NCBI GenBank assembly: GCA_965261595.1 | Contig: CBDHDG010000007.1 | Coordinates: 416,001-480,000 of the forward strand | Source of the DNA: a bacterium | Lineage (GTDB): Bacteria; UBA8248; JACPRG01; G963555815 | Length of the DNA stretch: 64,000 nt | Reading direction: 5' to 3' | Part shown: one piece after another, positions 13,201-25,267 of the stretch | How the letters are laid out: every line of letters starts with the position of its first letter | How positions within the stretch are numbered: position 1 is the stretch's first letter | Translations under genes and position numbers: made by a program | Notes under the pieces: model-generated | What the model was told of the DNA's origin: nothing | The model's database searches: none | Seen by the model: only the letters and a program-made list of their open reading frames with translations

Positions 13201-14802
13201 GAGCCTGTAAGAGGACTTGACGTCCTCATCTCAGAGGGCCAAGCACGCAGTCATGAAAGCCTCTTCCTTTTCACCTGCCGACCCGACGTTCGAGTTGATG
13301 AGTCAAGGGCCGTAAGGGTGCCCCTAACCGGGCTTACGGAGGATGAAACCAGGGAGCTGATCATAGCCCGTAGAGCCCTTGAGAAGGATCACCATCTGGT
13401 GCAGGAACTGCATCGAACGACTGATGGGCATCCCTTGTGGGTGAACCTGATCGCGATGCAAGCAGTTCAGCATGAGGATGGACTTCGCGGGGCCTTGGAC
13501 CTGATTAAGCAGGGCGGGGCGACGCTTCCAGATACGACGAGGACCATCTGGGGCATGTTGAACGACCAGCAACGCAACGTGCTTCGTACAATGGCCGAAT
13601 TGGACCGACCAGAACCCGCGAGTCACCTGCTAGACCTGCTTCCCGGCGTCAACGCGAATCGAGTGAATCGAGCGCTGAAGGCACTGCGGTCCTTTCATCT
13701 GATAGAGACACGGACGCAGCCGGAGGGGGAGCCTTTGCTTGGGCTACACCCGATCATTCGCGAGTTTATCAGGACTAGTTTTCCGAAGAAGGATCGTGAG
13801 AAGTACGTTGGCGCGATCCTTGACTTCTTGGACCAGATGATCGGTCGCTTCAAGAGCCTTCTTCCACAGGAACCATCGTACGACATCCTGGAACATTGGA
13901 CGCGAAAAGCTGAACTGCAGATCACATTTAGGCGCTTTGAAGAAGCAACTTCTACCATCGCTGAAATCGCACTCCCGCTGGTCAACCGGGGCTACTCAGA
14001 AGAAATGGTCCGGCTTACGATACGTCTTCTCGGCGAATGCGACTGGGCGGAGGCGTGTTCTTCATACAAGGATTTCGATGCCGTCTTCGAAGAGTGCCTC
14101 ACTCAAATGATTCAGAGCGGACACGACACCTCTGAGGATCTCTTGACACAGTATGAAGCTGCGATCCCAGGCAAGAGCTCGCAGTTCATCTTGCTATGTC
14201 AGCTCCGGTGCTATGCGGACTGGTATACCAGCAAATACGACTCGGCTATTCGATGGGGCGAGAAGGGCGAGCGACTGAAGGAACGTACGTCCGTCGATAC
14301 AGGGTTCTCGACGACGCACAATCTGGCCCTGTCTCGGCGGGATGCAGGACGCGTGCCGGAAGCGGTCGAGAGTTTCCTTGAAGGCGAGTCGTTGGAGACG
14401 GTGGTTACACCGGGCGAGCGAGTTCAGGGCAAGGGAGCACAGTTCTACGGGAACATTGGCCGATGTCTCTTCCTGACTAGTCGCTTGGATGAGGCTCTAG
14501 TTTGCTATGTAAAGTCGGCTCAGTTGCTCGAAGAGGGCCGTACTCGTATGGACCGCCTCAACAAGGGCTACATTAGATACTGGATTGCTGAATTACTGGT
14601 GCAGCAAGAGGAATTCGAGTTGGCAGCGGCTTCGTATCGTGCCGCAGTGTGCATTTGGGATGATTCCTCTCCTCCTCGAGCAGGTCAAGCGAAAGAGAAG
14701 CTGGAGGCCTTGGTGACTGCGCATCCGGAACTTCACAACTACCTTGTCCAGGAGGACTGGAAGGCGGAAGAGGCATACGGGCGTTGGTTGGCTCGTCAGT
14801 AG
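10236..14802 (+). pseudogene. SIR2-like NADase + STAND (NB-ARC-like) NTPase + helical/TPR-like protein (1052 aa reconstructed), interrupted by IS-A copy 2
   Basis: FLVGS..GVP, TTNFD, HLHG, IGYSGWD (SIR2); GLGGQGKS, LLVFDNVD, TCR, GHPL, LHP (STAND); halves join in frame after removing IS plus one TSD. Confidence 0.88.
10815..12219 (+). mobile_element. IS-A copy 2, full length (1405 bp)
   Basis: Near-identical to other copies; TSD AGT (or AGTG) on both sides. Confidence 0.95.
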
Positions 14803-14856
14803 GCTTAACAATGCACTCTCCTCGATCCTTCGGTTTAGAAATTTAAGATTTAACTG

Positions 14857-15090
14857 TCCGACAAGCTGCGCAGCTACGGCGCGGCCCTCAAGATACTCAC
14901 CCCGAGGATTGAGCACTTCAGCCACAAAGGCCTGAACAACAAGGCTGAAGTCTCGCATCGTCCGACCAGACGACGCGAGAGGATTATGACGCAGAGCTTT
15001 TTGGCAACCCATGATCAGGTGCAGACCGTCTTCCGCCTCCCACGCTGCTTGGCTTCGCGTAACGCAAAAGCACTACACGAAGCAGCGCGG
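14857..15090 (+). pseudogene. IS6-family transposase C-terminal remnant
   Basis: DKLRSYGAA...GLNNKAEVSHRPTRRRERIM motif. Confidence 0.8.
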
Positions 15091-15254
15091 GTCCTGGAGT
15101 TACTCCCCGTTTCGATGGGCGGTTTAGGGCTTTCGCCACCAGCCTTGAGGTGGATGGAGCCCGGTCCCAGCCGGTTGTGGATGGCGCCGAAGGCCTCGAC
15201 GAGCTTGTCGTCCTGTTGGATCGGTCCTGGCTTCAGCGAGCGCAGACCTCGCTC

Positions 15255-18200
15255 TCAAAGGCCCAAGTCCATCTCGACCCGTTTCCCACGATCCGGCGTA
15301 GCCGGCTCCCGGTCCTTCACGGCCGGCTCGGTCTCTTTCCCGGCCGCCTCGCTCCTGCCGCGGTCCGTATCCCGGGTGGCTTCAGCCTCCCGATCCGCCG
15401 TCCGTCCCGCGTTCGCAGCCGCTTCCATGCCCTTTGCCGGCGCGTCCCGCGCCGCCTCTCCGATCCCCTCCAGCGCCGATATGCGCTCGCCTGTGGCCGT
15501 TTCGAGCTGCTCGCGCAGCCGCGCCGCATCGTCCGTCACCAGCTCGGCCCGGTCGCGGGCGCGGCTGATCTCCACATAGAAGCTCTTCTGCGTGGTGAGG
15601 TGGGGGTGATTGGCCTCCATCGCCGCGATCACGTTGTCCACCGTCCGGCCCTGAAAGGCATGCACGGTCGAGGCCCAGGCATGGTCGAGATGGTGCAGCT
15701 GGGGATCGCCCGCCTTCATGTCGAGCACGCGCCCGTCTTCCAGACGGAAGGTCACACGGCCGTCCTTCACGCTCGCCACCTCGGCGGTGCGGCTGTTGAC
15801 GAGGCCGAGGCCCTTGTCGTTGCGGGTCCAGCGGATGCGGTCTCCGGCGCGAAGCTCGATGCCCTCGGCTCGGTAGACCTCGGCGCCGCCTGTCCGCCCG
15901 GCGATCCGGCCCGGCTTCCACGGAACGGTCCTGCCGTCCCCGCCTTCGAGTATCACCGTATGGCTCTTGTGATCCACGTCGGCGACCCGGCGCTCGTCGC
16001 CCTTGTCGATTCCGAGCGTCTTGTAGGGGCGGTGGAAGGCGACGATATCGCCCTCGGCGTAGTTGGTCGCGAGCGATTTCTCGGCGTTCGTGTAGCCGTG
16101 GGAGACCAGCCGCTCGCCCGTGAAGGCGGGGCCGTGGATCCTGCCATCGCGCGCGAGGCGCTCCCGGATATGACCGTTGATCTCCCGGCGAAGCTCATGG
16201 CTCGGCGCCATGACGCCGGTGTTCTCTCTCGCCTCGGGGGACAGCTTGAGCCAGCGCGCCGCCACCGCGCCCGCGATGTTGTCGGCCTGGACCTCGGCTA
16301 CGTTGGGGCCGAGCTTCTCGAAGGCCTTGCCGATCTCGCCGGCGAGGCTCGCCTTCACGGCCGCCTTCAGTTCCGGGTCGCGCTGGCGCAGGATCTCGTC
16401 CATCACCGCGGTCTTCATGCCTGCCCGCTACAACTGCGCAAAGGGTTTGCCGGCGTCGACAGCGTCGAGCTGTTTCTCGTCGCCGACCAGGACCACGCGG
16501 GGGACGCGGAGCGCGTTCGCGATCCTGAGCAGATCGCGGGCCTGGACGGTGGAGGCGAGCGAGCCCTCGTCCACCACCAGCACGGTCTTCCGCCAGGCGG
16601 CGCGCATCTCCCGCGCGCCCTTGGCCGTAAGACGGCCCTCGGCGATGCCGGCGTTCCGCGCGAGGAACAATTGCAACGTCTCGCTTTCGATCCCGGCTTC
16701 CGTCCCGAGCGTCTTGACCGCCGAGGCCGACGGCGCCAGTCCCATCATGCGGTAGCCGTTCTTGCCGGCAAGGGCGTTGGCGCGCCGCAGCATGGTGGTC
16801 TTGCCGGTGCCGGCATAGCCCTGCACGCCGACGACGCGGTCCTTCGAAGACAGGATCAGCTTGACGGCCTGCTTCTGCCCCTCGGTGAGCGGTCCCTTGT
16901 GCAGCCGCGCGCTCGCCATCCAGCTTCGCATCACCACCGGGCTTCTGTCCTGTCCGCCTTGCATCAGGGCGATGGTCTCGCGCTCGCCGGCGAGCGCCTT
17001 ATCGGTGGTCATGCCGTCGCCGCCCATGAGCGCCGGGGCGCAATGGAGCCGTCCTTCGCCTTCGAGGGCGCCGACGGCTTTTTCCGCGGCCTCGACCGAG
17101 ACGGCGCCGGGCATCCAGGCGAGGGCGGCGGCGAGCAGATCGGCGCGCGAGAACACCGCCTCGCGTTCGGCGAGATGCGCCATCGCCCATTCCGCGGCCT
17201 CGGCCGCCGGCTCCTTCGTTGCCGGTTCCCGCCGCGTTGGGTCGGTTTCCGCGATGGCGGCGGAAGACCCGACGGCATCCGCCGGAGCGGGATCGACATC
17301 CCGTTCGGGAGCGTTCTCCCGGCCGGAGTCCCTGCCGGCTTCCCTCACCACGGCCCCGGCGACAAGCGCCCGCGCATCGAATCCCAGGCCGGCGGCCTGC
17401 TTCTCCCAGCTTGCCTTGAGCGTCGCCTTGTCGACCTCGCGCTTGTGGGCCCGGGTCATCAGCGCCGCGCGCTCGGCGAGGCGCTGGTTCTCGGCGGTGC
17501 CGCTCATGCCCCGCTCGGCCATCGCCGCCTCGATCTCCGCCCGCCGGGTCGAGAACGCCTCGATGACCTTCCTCGGGACCCCGGCGATCTCGAAGCGTCC
17601 GTCGGCATGGCTCTTCTCGATGCCGTAACCGAGCTTGCCCAACTCCCGCGCGAGTTCGCTCCGGTAGATGATGCCAATCAGCTTCTGGCGGCGGTAGAGC
17701 GCCTCGTTGGCCATGGTCCGCCACTTGCCGTCCCCGCCCTGGACCATGTTGGCGAGGACCGCGTGGGTGTGGAGCTGGGGATCGAGATTGCGCGAGGCGT
17801 CGTGCCGGAAGGTCGCGGCCACCGTCTTCTGGTCCCCGGCCCGGACCATGCGGCTGGTCTCCGGGTCCTTCAACCGGGTCTCGGCGGCGTTGCCCTCGAT
17901 CCAGGCCAGCGAGCGCTTCACCGCCCGGTCGTGGGCGTCGACCACGCGCCCGTCGCCGCCGATCAGCGCGGCGAGCGAGACGGATTTGGGAGCCGAGAAG
18001 GTGAGATCGCGTCCGGGCCGGTGCTGCAGGACCCCATCGGGTCCCCCGCGTCCGAGTTGCCGGCCGGTCCCGTCGAGTACCTTGCCCTCCAGCACCGCCT
18101 TGAAGAGGTCCGGATCGACCGGGCCGGAGAGGCCGAGGTCCTCCGCGCCCTTGCCGGTCCAGGCGCTTGCGTCCCTGTGGGCCGGGTCGTCCCTGGCGTA

Positions 18201-18272
18201 GTAGCCGTCCCTCTCGTAATAGGAGATGCCCTGGGCAGAGGACGCGACGGCGCCGATCGAGACGACCATCAC
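15255..18272 (-). pseudogene. trwC: MOBF (TrwC/TraI-type) relaxase-helicase with one in-frame TAG at 16428-16430
   Basis: YYERDGYY, DLTFSAPKSVS, HDASRNLDPQLHTH, GYAGTGKT, VDE, LVGDEKQL; the two ORFs are in frame across the stop. Confidence 0.92.
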
Positions 18273-20371
18273 AGCCAGTCGGCCGGACAGCGCTCGTCCG
18301 CGCCGCCGGTACCGCTGTCCTCGGGTTCATCCGGATCGGCCGCGGGGTCATTCCGTTGCCCGGAAAGAGCGGAATCCCGGCCGCCGGAACCGGCAACCGG
18401 GACCTCGGGCATTTCCGCGCCTTCCGCTTCCACCGCGCGGCATTCGGCCGGGGCCGGCTCGAGACCGAGCTCGGGTTGATCGCCGGTCCATTCGGCCGCC
18501 GAACTCGCCACGCCCGTATCGCCATGCTCGCTTTCGTTCCCGGCATCGCCCGGCGCCGGGGCATCGGTGTCGCGCCCGCTTCCGGAATCGGCCCCGGTCA
18601 CATCGGAGACCCAACCGCCTTGCTCCGAAGGCCCTTCCTCCCTGGGCACGAAGCGCTCGGCCGCCTTGGGCCTCTTCACGTAGTCGAGTCCGATCCGGGC
18701 CACGGGCCAGGGTCCCGGGAACTTCAGATACCCCTGCAGGTTCTCGAGCCGCATGATCTCCGACGGCAGGGCCAGGGAACGCATCTCACGACGCTGGGTC
18801 AGCGAGACCCCGTCGCGCATGACGCTGGCCCCGTAGCTCATCCCGTGGGAATACTCCTCGACCTCGCCCCGCCCCAGGCTTTCGGCCGACCACCGGGCCG
18901 TCTCCTGGTCGGGCGCGGCCAGGACCACACGGGTACCGCACAGCCCGGATATCGTCTCCGCCCCGTTTTTTCCGTAGAGGTCGCGCAGGGCCGAGATCAC
19001 CTGGATCCCGAGCACGAAGCATCCTCCGAACTGGCGGGACTCGGCCAGCCCCGGCTGGAGGCTCGGCACCTGGTGAAGGGTGGGCAGCTCGTCCAGGACT
19101 ACCCAGACCCGGCGCGCATCGTCCTGATGGAGGGAAAGGAGCGCGTTCACCGCGATCTCGAGCCAGGTAGAGATGAGCCCTCTCAGGCTCGCGTGCTGGT
19201 CGCCCCGGGAGGTCAGGAACAGGAACCCGGTCCCGTCCTCTTGGCCCACCCAGTCCCGGATCGAGAAGGGCTCTCCCGTATCGGGCAGGAACTCGAGCGC
19301 TCCCAGGTGCGCGGTCAGCATGGCCCGGACCGAGAGCGCGGTCTTGGGGTTTTCGGGGTCCACGATGGACTGGGCCACCGTGCCCTCCATGGCCCGGGCC
19401 AGGGCCGTCAGGTCGGTCTTGAGCAGGTGGTCGACCAGCACCCGGTTTTCGGTCACCCCCTGCTTCCAGAGCACGCCCGCGCCGTTGGAGAACAGCTGCC
19501 TGGCGGCCGTGACCCAGAAGGGGTCCACCGTGTCCTTCTGCTGGGGGATGAGGGCGGCGGCCATCATGTCGAAGTCCCGGGGGGTCCTGGCCTCGAAGAA
19601 GGGCGACCAGCGGGGCGCCCGGGCATCGAGGGGGTTCATCAGCACGTCGCGGGCGGGATCGAAGAAGGAGCGGGTATAGCTCCCCATCTTGTCGTAGAGG
19701 ATGCAGCGCTCGCCCCGGGCGCGGAGCCGGGCGACGAGGTCGGAGATCAGGACGGTCTTGCCCGAGCCCGTGGTGCCGGAGACGATGGTGTGCTGGGTCT
19801 CGGCGCGTTCTGGCCAGGGGATCCCGGCGATGCGGCAGGAGGCCCGGCGCGCGGCGGGGAACAGGGCCTCGGCCAAGCGCGCGGACACGGGCTGCACGCG
19901 CCTTCTCAGCTCCCGGGCCGTCGTCATTTCCGCGCCGCGGACCCGTTGGGCGCGGTCCAGGCGCCTTCCCAGGACCGAGAACAGGACCGTACAGAGGACC
20001 GCGCCCCCCACTCCGATCCAGAGGCCGAGCCACGCCCTGGCGTATACCGTATGGAGGAGGCGTTTCCGGATCCGCTCGATCCTGGGGTCCCTAGCGATGT
20101 CGACGATCCTCAGGGCCGTTTTTTGGCCCTCTCGCCACTCGTACGCCTGGAGGGAGTGCCGGGGGTATCCGAGCACGAGCTTGGCCTGGGCGAGGGTCCC
20201 GGTGCCCACGAGGCGCCATTCATGGGCGGTGGTTGTGCGGAACAGGGCCGCGGCCGGGACCAGGACGACGGTCAGGGCGATGCCGAAAAGCCCCCACCTG
20301 ACCAGCTGGCCCCACATGTGGACGTCGTGGGCCAGGGTCTGGCCGCCCCTGAGCGTTGCGTTGCCGAACAT
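18269..20371 (-). CDS. traD: Type IV coupling protein (TraD/TrwB-like)
   Basis: Two N-terminal TM segments, GTTGSGKT, NPLDAR, LDELPTL, acidic C-tail; overlaps relaxase start. Confidence 0.93.
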   Translation of the reverse strand: MFGNATLRGGQTLAHDVHMWGQLVRWGLFGIALTVVLVPAAALFRTTTAHEWRLVGTGTLAQAKLVLGYPRHSLQAYEWREGQKTALRIVDIARDPRIERIRKRLLHTVYARAWLGLWIGVGGAVLCTVLFSVLGRRLDRAQRVRGAEMTTARELRRRVQPVSARLAEALFPAARRASCRIAGIPWPERAETQHTIVSGTTGSGKTVLISDLVARLRARGERCILYDKMGSYTRSFFDPARDVLMNPLDARAPRWSPFFEARTPRDFDMMAAALIPQQKDTVDPFWVTAARQLFSNGAGVLWKQGVTENRVLVDHLLKTDLTALARAMEGTVAQSIVDPENPKTALSVRAMLTAHLGALEFLPDTGEPFSIRDWVGQEDGTGFLFLTSRGDQHASLRGLISTWLEIAVNALLSLHQDDARRVWVVLDELPTLHQVPSLQPGLAESRQFGGCFVLGIQVISALRDLYGKNGAETISGLCGTRVVLAAPDQETARWSAESLGRGEVEEYSHGMSYGASVMRDGVSLTQRREMRSLALPSEIMRLENLQGYLKFPGPWPVARIGLDYVKRPKAAERFVPREEGPSEQGGWVSDVTGADSGSGRDTDAPAPGDAGNESEHGDTGVASSAAEWTGDQPELGLEPAPAECRAVEAEGAEMPEVPVAGSGGRDSALSGQRNDPAADPDEPEDSGTGGADERCPADWL

Positions 20372-20534
20372 GATGAAGCCCTCCTCTTACAAAACACCGG
20401 GGTGTTTATGCCCCGGGCGGGCGCATGGACTCCGGGGAGAGGCCGGGGAAGGCGGAGGTCCGGGTGCAGGGACTCTTGGACCGGAGAGGCCGGCACCCGC
20501 GATCTCCTGAACCCCAACCCCGGAGGAACGAACC

Positions 20535-20900
20535 ATGACCGACGCCAATCCATCCGGCAGCTGGCGCGCCCGGGCCTTCGTCCTCGGCGGGATCGCACTC
20601 GCCCTTGCCGTCACCGTCTTTTCCGTCGTCATCGCGATCGGTGCCCGCTTCCTGGGGGCCATCTGGTTCTGGGCGGTGATATGGACCATTCTTGCCGCTC
20701 TCGCGTGCGCCCTGTGGCGGGGGCTCCGCTATCGGGACTGGTCCGCCTTTGGCGGGTACGAGCTCCCGAAAGAGGGCGGCGATCGGTTCGACTGGGCGAC
20801 CAGGACCGGCCGCTACGCCTGGCTCCGTGACCTCGAGGACGGGCATCTCCACGACCAGGATCACCTTCGCGGTCATGGCCCGAGCACCTGGTCCCTGTAG
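20535..20900 (+). CDS. Small 2-TM membrane protein of unknown function, divergent from traD
   Basis: GGAGGA RBS, two hydrophobic helices. Confidence 0.65.
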   Translation: MTDANPSGSWRARAFVLGGIALALAVTVFSVVIAIGARFLGAIWFWAVIWTILAALACALWRGLRYRDWSAFGGYELPKEGGDRFDWATRTGRYAWLRDLEDGHLHDQDHLRGHGPSTWSL

Positions 20901-21733
20901 AAGGGCCGCCCAAGTCCGGGGTCTTTCTTCTTCCCCGCGTCCGGCGCAGGCGCTCGTCCAGGGGCAGCTCGGAGTGGGTGTCGGGCGTTGTCATGGGAAG
21001 GAACATAAGGAGGAGGTTTGTGCTTGCCCATGGGTATCGATCGTGCATGACCTACACTTGGCTGGCATTCCTGCGCACATCCGCGGTGGAATGCGCGGGC
21101 GTGCGGCAAAAAAAAACCGGGGACACGGCAGTTGGAAGGAAAAGGATGAACCCAGAGGGAAAGACGGACGAAATGAAGACGATCAGACAGGACCCGGTCC
21201 TGCTCAGGCTGAAGGACCTGCTCCGGCGTTACGACCTTCACCCTCGCCGGCGCGGAATGAGCCTTGAGTCGCGTTCAATGACCTGATCCCCTGGCGTCCG
21301 AAAGGTGTCCACACAGTCCCGGACTTCATCGTGCTGGCAACCGAGGTTCGGCACGCAGCTGGTACGGTTGCACACGTTACCGCGCGCGCATGGAGCCATT
21401 GTAATTAGGTTACCGCTTCGCATCGCCGCCAGTCGCGCATGGCGCGGCGACTTGCTCGCCAGAGCGCTCGCGGTCGTCCGCCGACTGGTCGCGAACGCGG
21501 ACGAGCCGCACGGATAGATCGAGGCCGAAGGGCAGGCGTAGAAAGCACTCACAGCCGGAGGAAGAACCTGACGTCACTCATCTACCGAGTGCGCCATTTT
21601 CGGACGGTTCTTGACCGCCATCGACATGCGCCGGATGCAGGCGGAATTTCGCCAATCGGGGTGGGCGGGGCAAAAGGCAGCGTGTATACGTCTTTACAAG
21701 GCGACATGGCCACATGAAGGCCGAAGCGGGCAG

Positions 21734-22087
21734 CTATTCATCAGGTCCGAATGTCTCGTCGACCCATTCCTGAGCACGAGCACGATGTTCTGGTTTTATG
21801 TGTGCGGCGACCATTGCCGCTGCCGCGCCCAGCACGGCGAGGTCATCAACGAAACCGCCGGGCAAGAAATCGGGAACCGCGTCCAAAGGACTAATAAAAT
21901 AAATGAGAGCCCCTATTATGGTCGCTCTCGCCCATGCAAGCGTATCTTCATCTCTCAAACAATAGTAGAGCGTTAAGACTAACTTGATAACCTCTTTTCC
22001 TGCCTTTTTTGCTACTGACTTGATTTTGTCCCACAACGATTTTTCTTCAAAACTCGGTGTGTCGAACACCCCGTTTTCATCCGTCAT
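21734..22087 (-). CDS. DUF1232/YkvA-family protein
   Basis: ALIYFISPLDAVPDFLP.GFVDD motif; GGAGGAGG RBS. Confidence 0.88.
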   Translation of the reverse strand: MTDENGVFDTPSFEEKSLWDKIKSVAKKAGKEVIKLVLTLYYCLRDEDTLAWARATIIGALIYFISPLDAVPDFLPGGFVDDLAVLGAAAAMVAAHIKPEHRARAQEWVDETFGPDE

Positions 22088-22356
22088 ATTTGTTCCTCCT
22101 CCGTAATGTAGCGTGTGTCTGCCGTTGACTGAGTCGAAAAGCACCAATCGACGTGAGGGCCGTGCAAGATGCAGTGCGCAAGGGCCGTCAAGCGGCACCA
22201 CGCGTGGCGAGGCCGTGAGTGTTCAAATCATGTAAACGGCGGTGTAAAACTGTCCCAGTGAGGCGGTCGGATATTCTGGCGGCGGCGGTCTAAAAGTGGA
22301 CCGCTCTTTGGTCTTCCTTCAGGTTTGCAGGATACGACCTGAAGGGAGGCTGGAGG

Positions 22357-25267
22357 ATGTACTCAGTGGAACTGTACGCACGGGTTCGGCACGCCTGCCA
22401 CGTAGAAGGGATGAGCATCCGCGAAGCGGCGCGGGCGTTTGGTTTGCACCGGGACACGGTGCGCAAGATGCTGCGGTTTTCGATACCGCCCGGGTATCAG
22501 CGGAGTCATCCCCGGGCGAGGCCGAAGCTGGATCCGTTTATGGGTGTGATCGACCACATCGTGGAGGGGGACCGGAAGTGTGTGAGGAGACAGCGTCACA
22601 CGGCCAAGCGGATCTTCGAGAGGCTGCGCGACGAGCACGGTTTCACGGGCGGTTACAGCATCGTGAAGGACTACGTGCGGGAGCGGCGGTAGCGGTCCCA
22701 GGAGATGTTCGTTCCCCTGGTCCACCCACCCGGCCATGGCCAGGCGGATTTTGGCGAGGCCCTGGCGGAGATTGCCGGGGTGGAGGGGAAGGTATCGTTT
22801 TTCACCTTCGATTTGCCCCACAGCGACATGGGTTTCGTGAAGGCCTATCCTGCGGAGAGGACCGAAGCCTTCTGCGCCGGTCATAACGCGGCCTTCGCCT
22901 TCATCGGCGGTATCTCTCACAGCATTCTCTACGACAACACCAAGCTTGCGGTGGCGCGCATCCTGGGCGATGGGAAGCGTCAGCGCACCCGGGCCTTTAG
23001 TGAGTTGCAGTCCCACTACCTGTTCAAAGAACGTTTTGGCCGTCTGGGCAAGCCGAATGACAAGGGGAAGGTCGAGAACCTGGTGGGCTATGTCCGGCGG
23101 AACTTTTTCGTTCCCATCCCGCGCATTGAGAGCTTCGAGGCCCTCAATGCCCACCTGGAGGAGCAGTGCCGGAAGCGGTGGTCCCCCGCTCTAGGGTTTT
23201 GTTGGACACTCGATTGATCCATGATTCATGGAGAAAGGGGTGTCGCGATGAACGAACAAAAGCAAGAGGGGGCTTTGGCGGAGGGCGCCCGTAGGGCGAA
23301 CGGAGCCAAGGCCCCAGGGCATCGCAGTGAGCGGGGTCGGTTCTCCTGCCAGGCGCAAGCGGGAGGCGGTCCTGCGTCTTTTGCGGGGCGAGAGCCTGGA
23401 GACGCTCTGCCGCGAGTTGGGCACGACAGCGGCTCGGCTTTCCGCCTGGCGCGAGGCGTTCCTTCGCGGGGGCGAGGCGGCGCTCAAAGCCCGCCCGGCG
23501 GATGAGCGGGACGAGGAGAACGCCCGGCTCAAGGCCAAGGTGGGCGAACTCACGATGGAGGGCGAGGTCCTGCGGGAGAAGATCGACCGCCTGGAGGCCG
23601 GCCGCCCTTTAGCCGGCAGGAGGTGGAGGCGATGAGTCAGGCCCGCTTAACCTCCACGGGCAGAGCCTACGGCCTGAAGCGGGTGTGCGCCCTTTGGGGC
23701 TTGGCGCGCTCCACGGTCTACGCGCAACGGCGGCAAGAGGCGGTCCCCGTTCATGAACGCCCCACGCCCAATAAGCGCGGCCCTGTGGGCCCGTGCACCG
23801 ATGCGGAACTCCTCGGCCACATCCGGCAGGTCCTGGAGGACTCTCCCTTCCATGGCGAGGGCTACCGCAAGGTGTGGGCGAGGCTGCGCTTCGCGGGCAT
23901 CCGCACCAGCAAGGAGCGGGTGCGTCGCCTGATGCGGGAGGCGGGGCTTCAGGCCCCCCACCGGGTGGGCAAACCCCGAGGTCCCAAGGCCCACAACGGG
24001 ACCATCCGCACCGAGCGGCCCGACCGAATGTGGGGCACGGACATGACGACGACGGTGACCACCGAGGAGGGGGTGGCCTCGGTGTTCGTGGCGGTGGATC
24101 ACTGCTCGCTGGACTGCGTGGGGATCCATGCGGCCAAGAGCGGCAACCGCTTCGAGGCCCTGGAGCCGATCCGGCAGGGGGTCGCCGAGCGCTTCGCCGG
24201 CTTGGAGGCGGACGTCGCCGAGGGGCTTAAAGTTCGTCACGACCACGGCCCCGCCTATCTGTCCGATGACTTTCAGCGGGAGATCGCCTACCTGGGCATG
24301 ACCAGTTCGCCCAGCTTCGTGCGGGCGCCCGAGGGAAATGGCTACTGTGAGTGGTTTATCCGCATCTTGAAGGAGAATCTCCTGTGGGTGCGCTCTTTCG
24401 CCACCGTAGAGGAACTGCGGTGGGCGCTGCTTGAGTTCAAAAACCTGTACAACCATCATTGGATTCTCGAGGGCTACGGCTACCGAACGCCGGCCCAGGC
24501 AAGGCAGGAAAAACTCGCTCAAGTTGCGGAGGCCGCATGAGGTCGAATACCCTCACCCGAGTGTCCAATAACCCAGGGGCGGTCCAGTGGGGAGCACGCC
24601 TGCGTGGGCACAGAGAGAGCATCGGCGAGCGCTTTGAGCGGGACCGGCAGGTCCTTTTGCCGTTGCCGCCGTTGCCGTACGACGCCTGTGAGAAGAGCGG
24701 TACGCGGGTGAGCTCTCTGTCTTTGGTGCGCTACCGGGGGGCAACGACTACTCGGTTCCCGTGGCTTACGGCCACCGTGAGGTGCTGGTTCGGGGCTACG
24801 TGCACGAGGTGGTCATCACCTGCGGGACGGAGGAGATTGCCCGTCACCGGCGCTCCTGCGAGCGGGAGGACCTGGTCTTCAACCCGCTGCATTACCTGGC
24901 GCTGATTGAGAAGAAGATCGGTGCACTGGATCAGGCGGCGCCCCTGGCCGGGTGGGAGTTGCCCGAGGCATTCGGCACGCTGCGCAGGCTGCTTGAAGCG
25001 CGCATGGGCAAGGCCGGCAAGCGGGAGTACGTCCAGGTCCTGCGGCTGCTCGAGACGTTCGGGTTGGAGGAAGTTGACGCCGGGGTCCGGGATGCCCTGC
25101 GGCTGGGAACCATCGGCTTCGATGCGCTCAAACACCTGATGCTGTGCCGCATCGAGCGCAGGCCTGCCCGGCTGAACCTGGAGGTCTATCCCTATCTGCC
25201 GCGCGCCCGGGTTGCGACAACCTCCGCCCGGGCGTACCTGGACCTGCTCACGGGGGTGCGGCCGTGA
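22357..25267 (+). pseudogene. istA: IS21 transposase IstA (nonsense at 22690, IS insertion at 23181, frameshift near 24740)
   Basis: HTH, GQADFGE, YDN, KGKVENLVGYVRRNF. Confidence 0.88.
23181..24586 (+). mobile_element. IS-A copy 3 (extra G frameshifts orfA near 23352)
   Basis: Near-identical to other copies; TSD GTG (or GTGG). Confidence 0.95.

Noticed and set aside
16428..16430. Programmed stop readthrough or recoding in relaxase, IstA, IS110 and CHAT genes
   Set aside because: Stops are of mixed type (TAG, TGA, TAA) and accompany frameshifts; ordinary decay is simpler
15150..20830. Long + strand ORFs (1109 aa, 887 aa)
   Set aside because: Antisense shadows of trwC/traD in GC-rich DNA; no motifs
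20380..21720. oriT and small accessory ORFs upstream of traD
   Set aside because: No recognisable MOBF nic motif; ORFs short and unsupported
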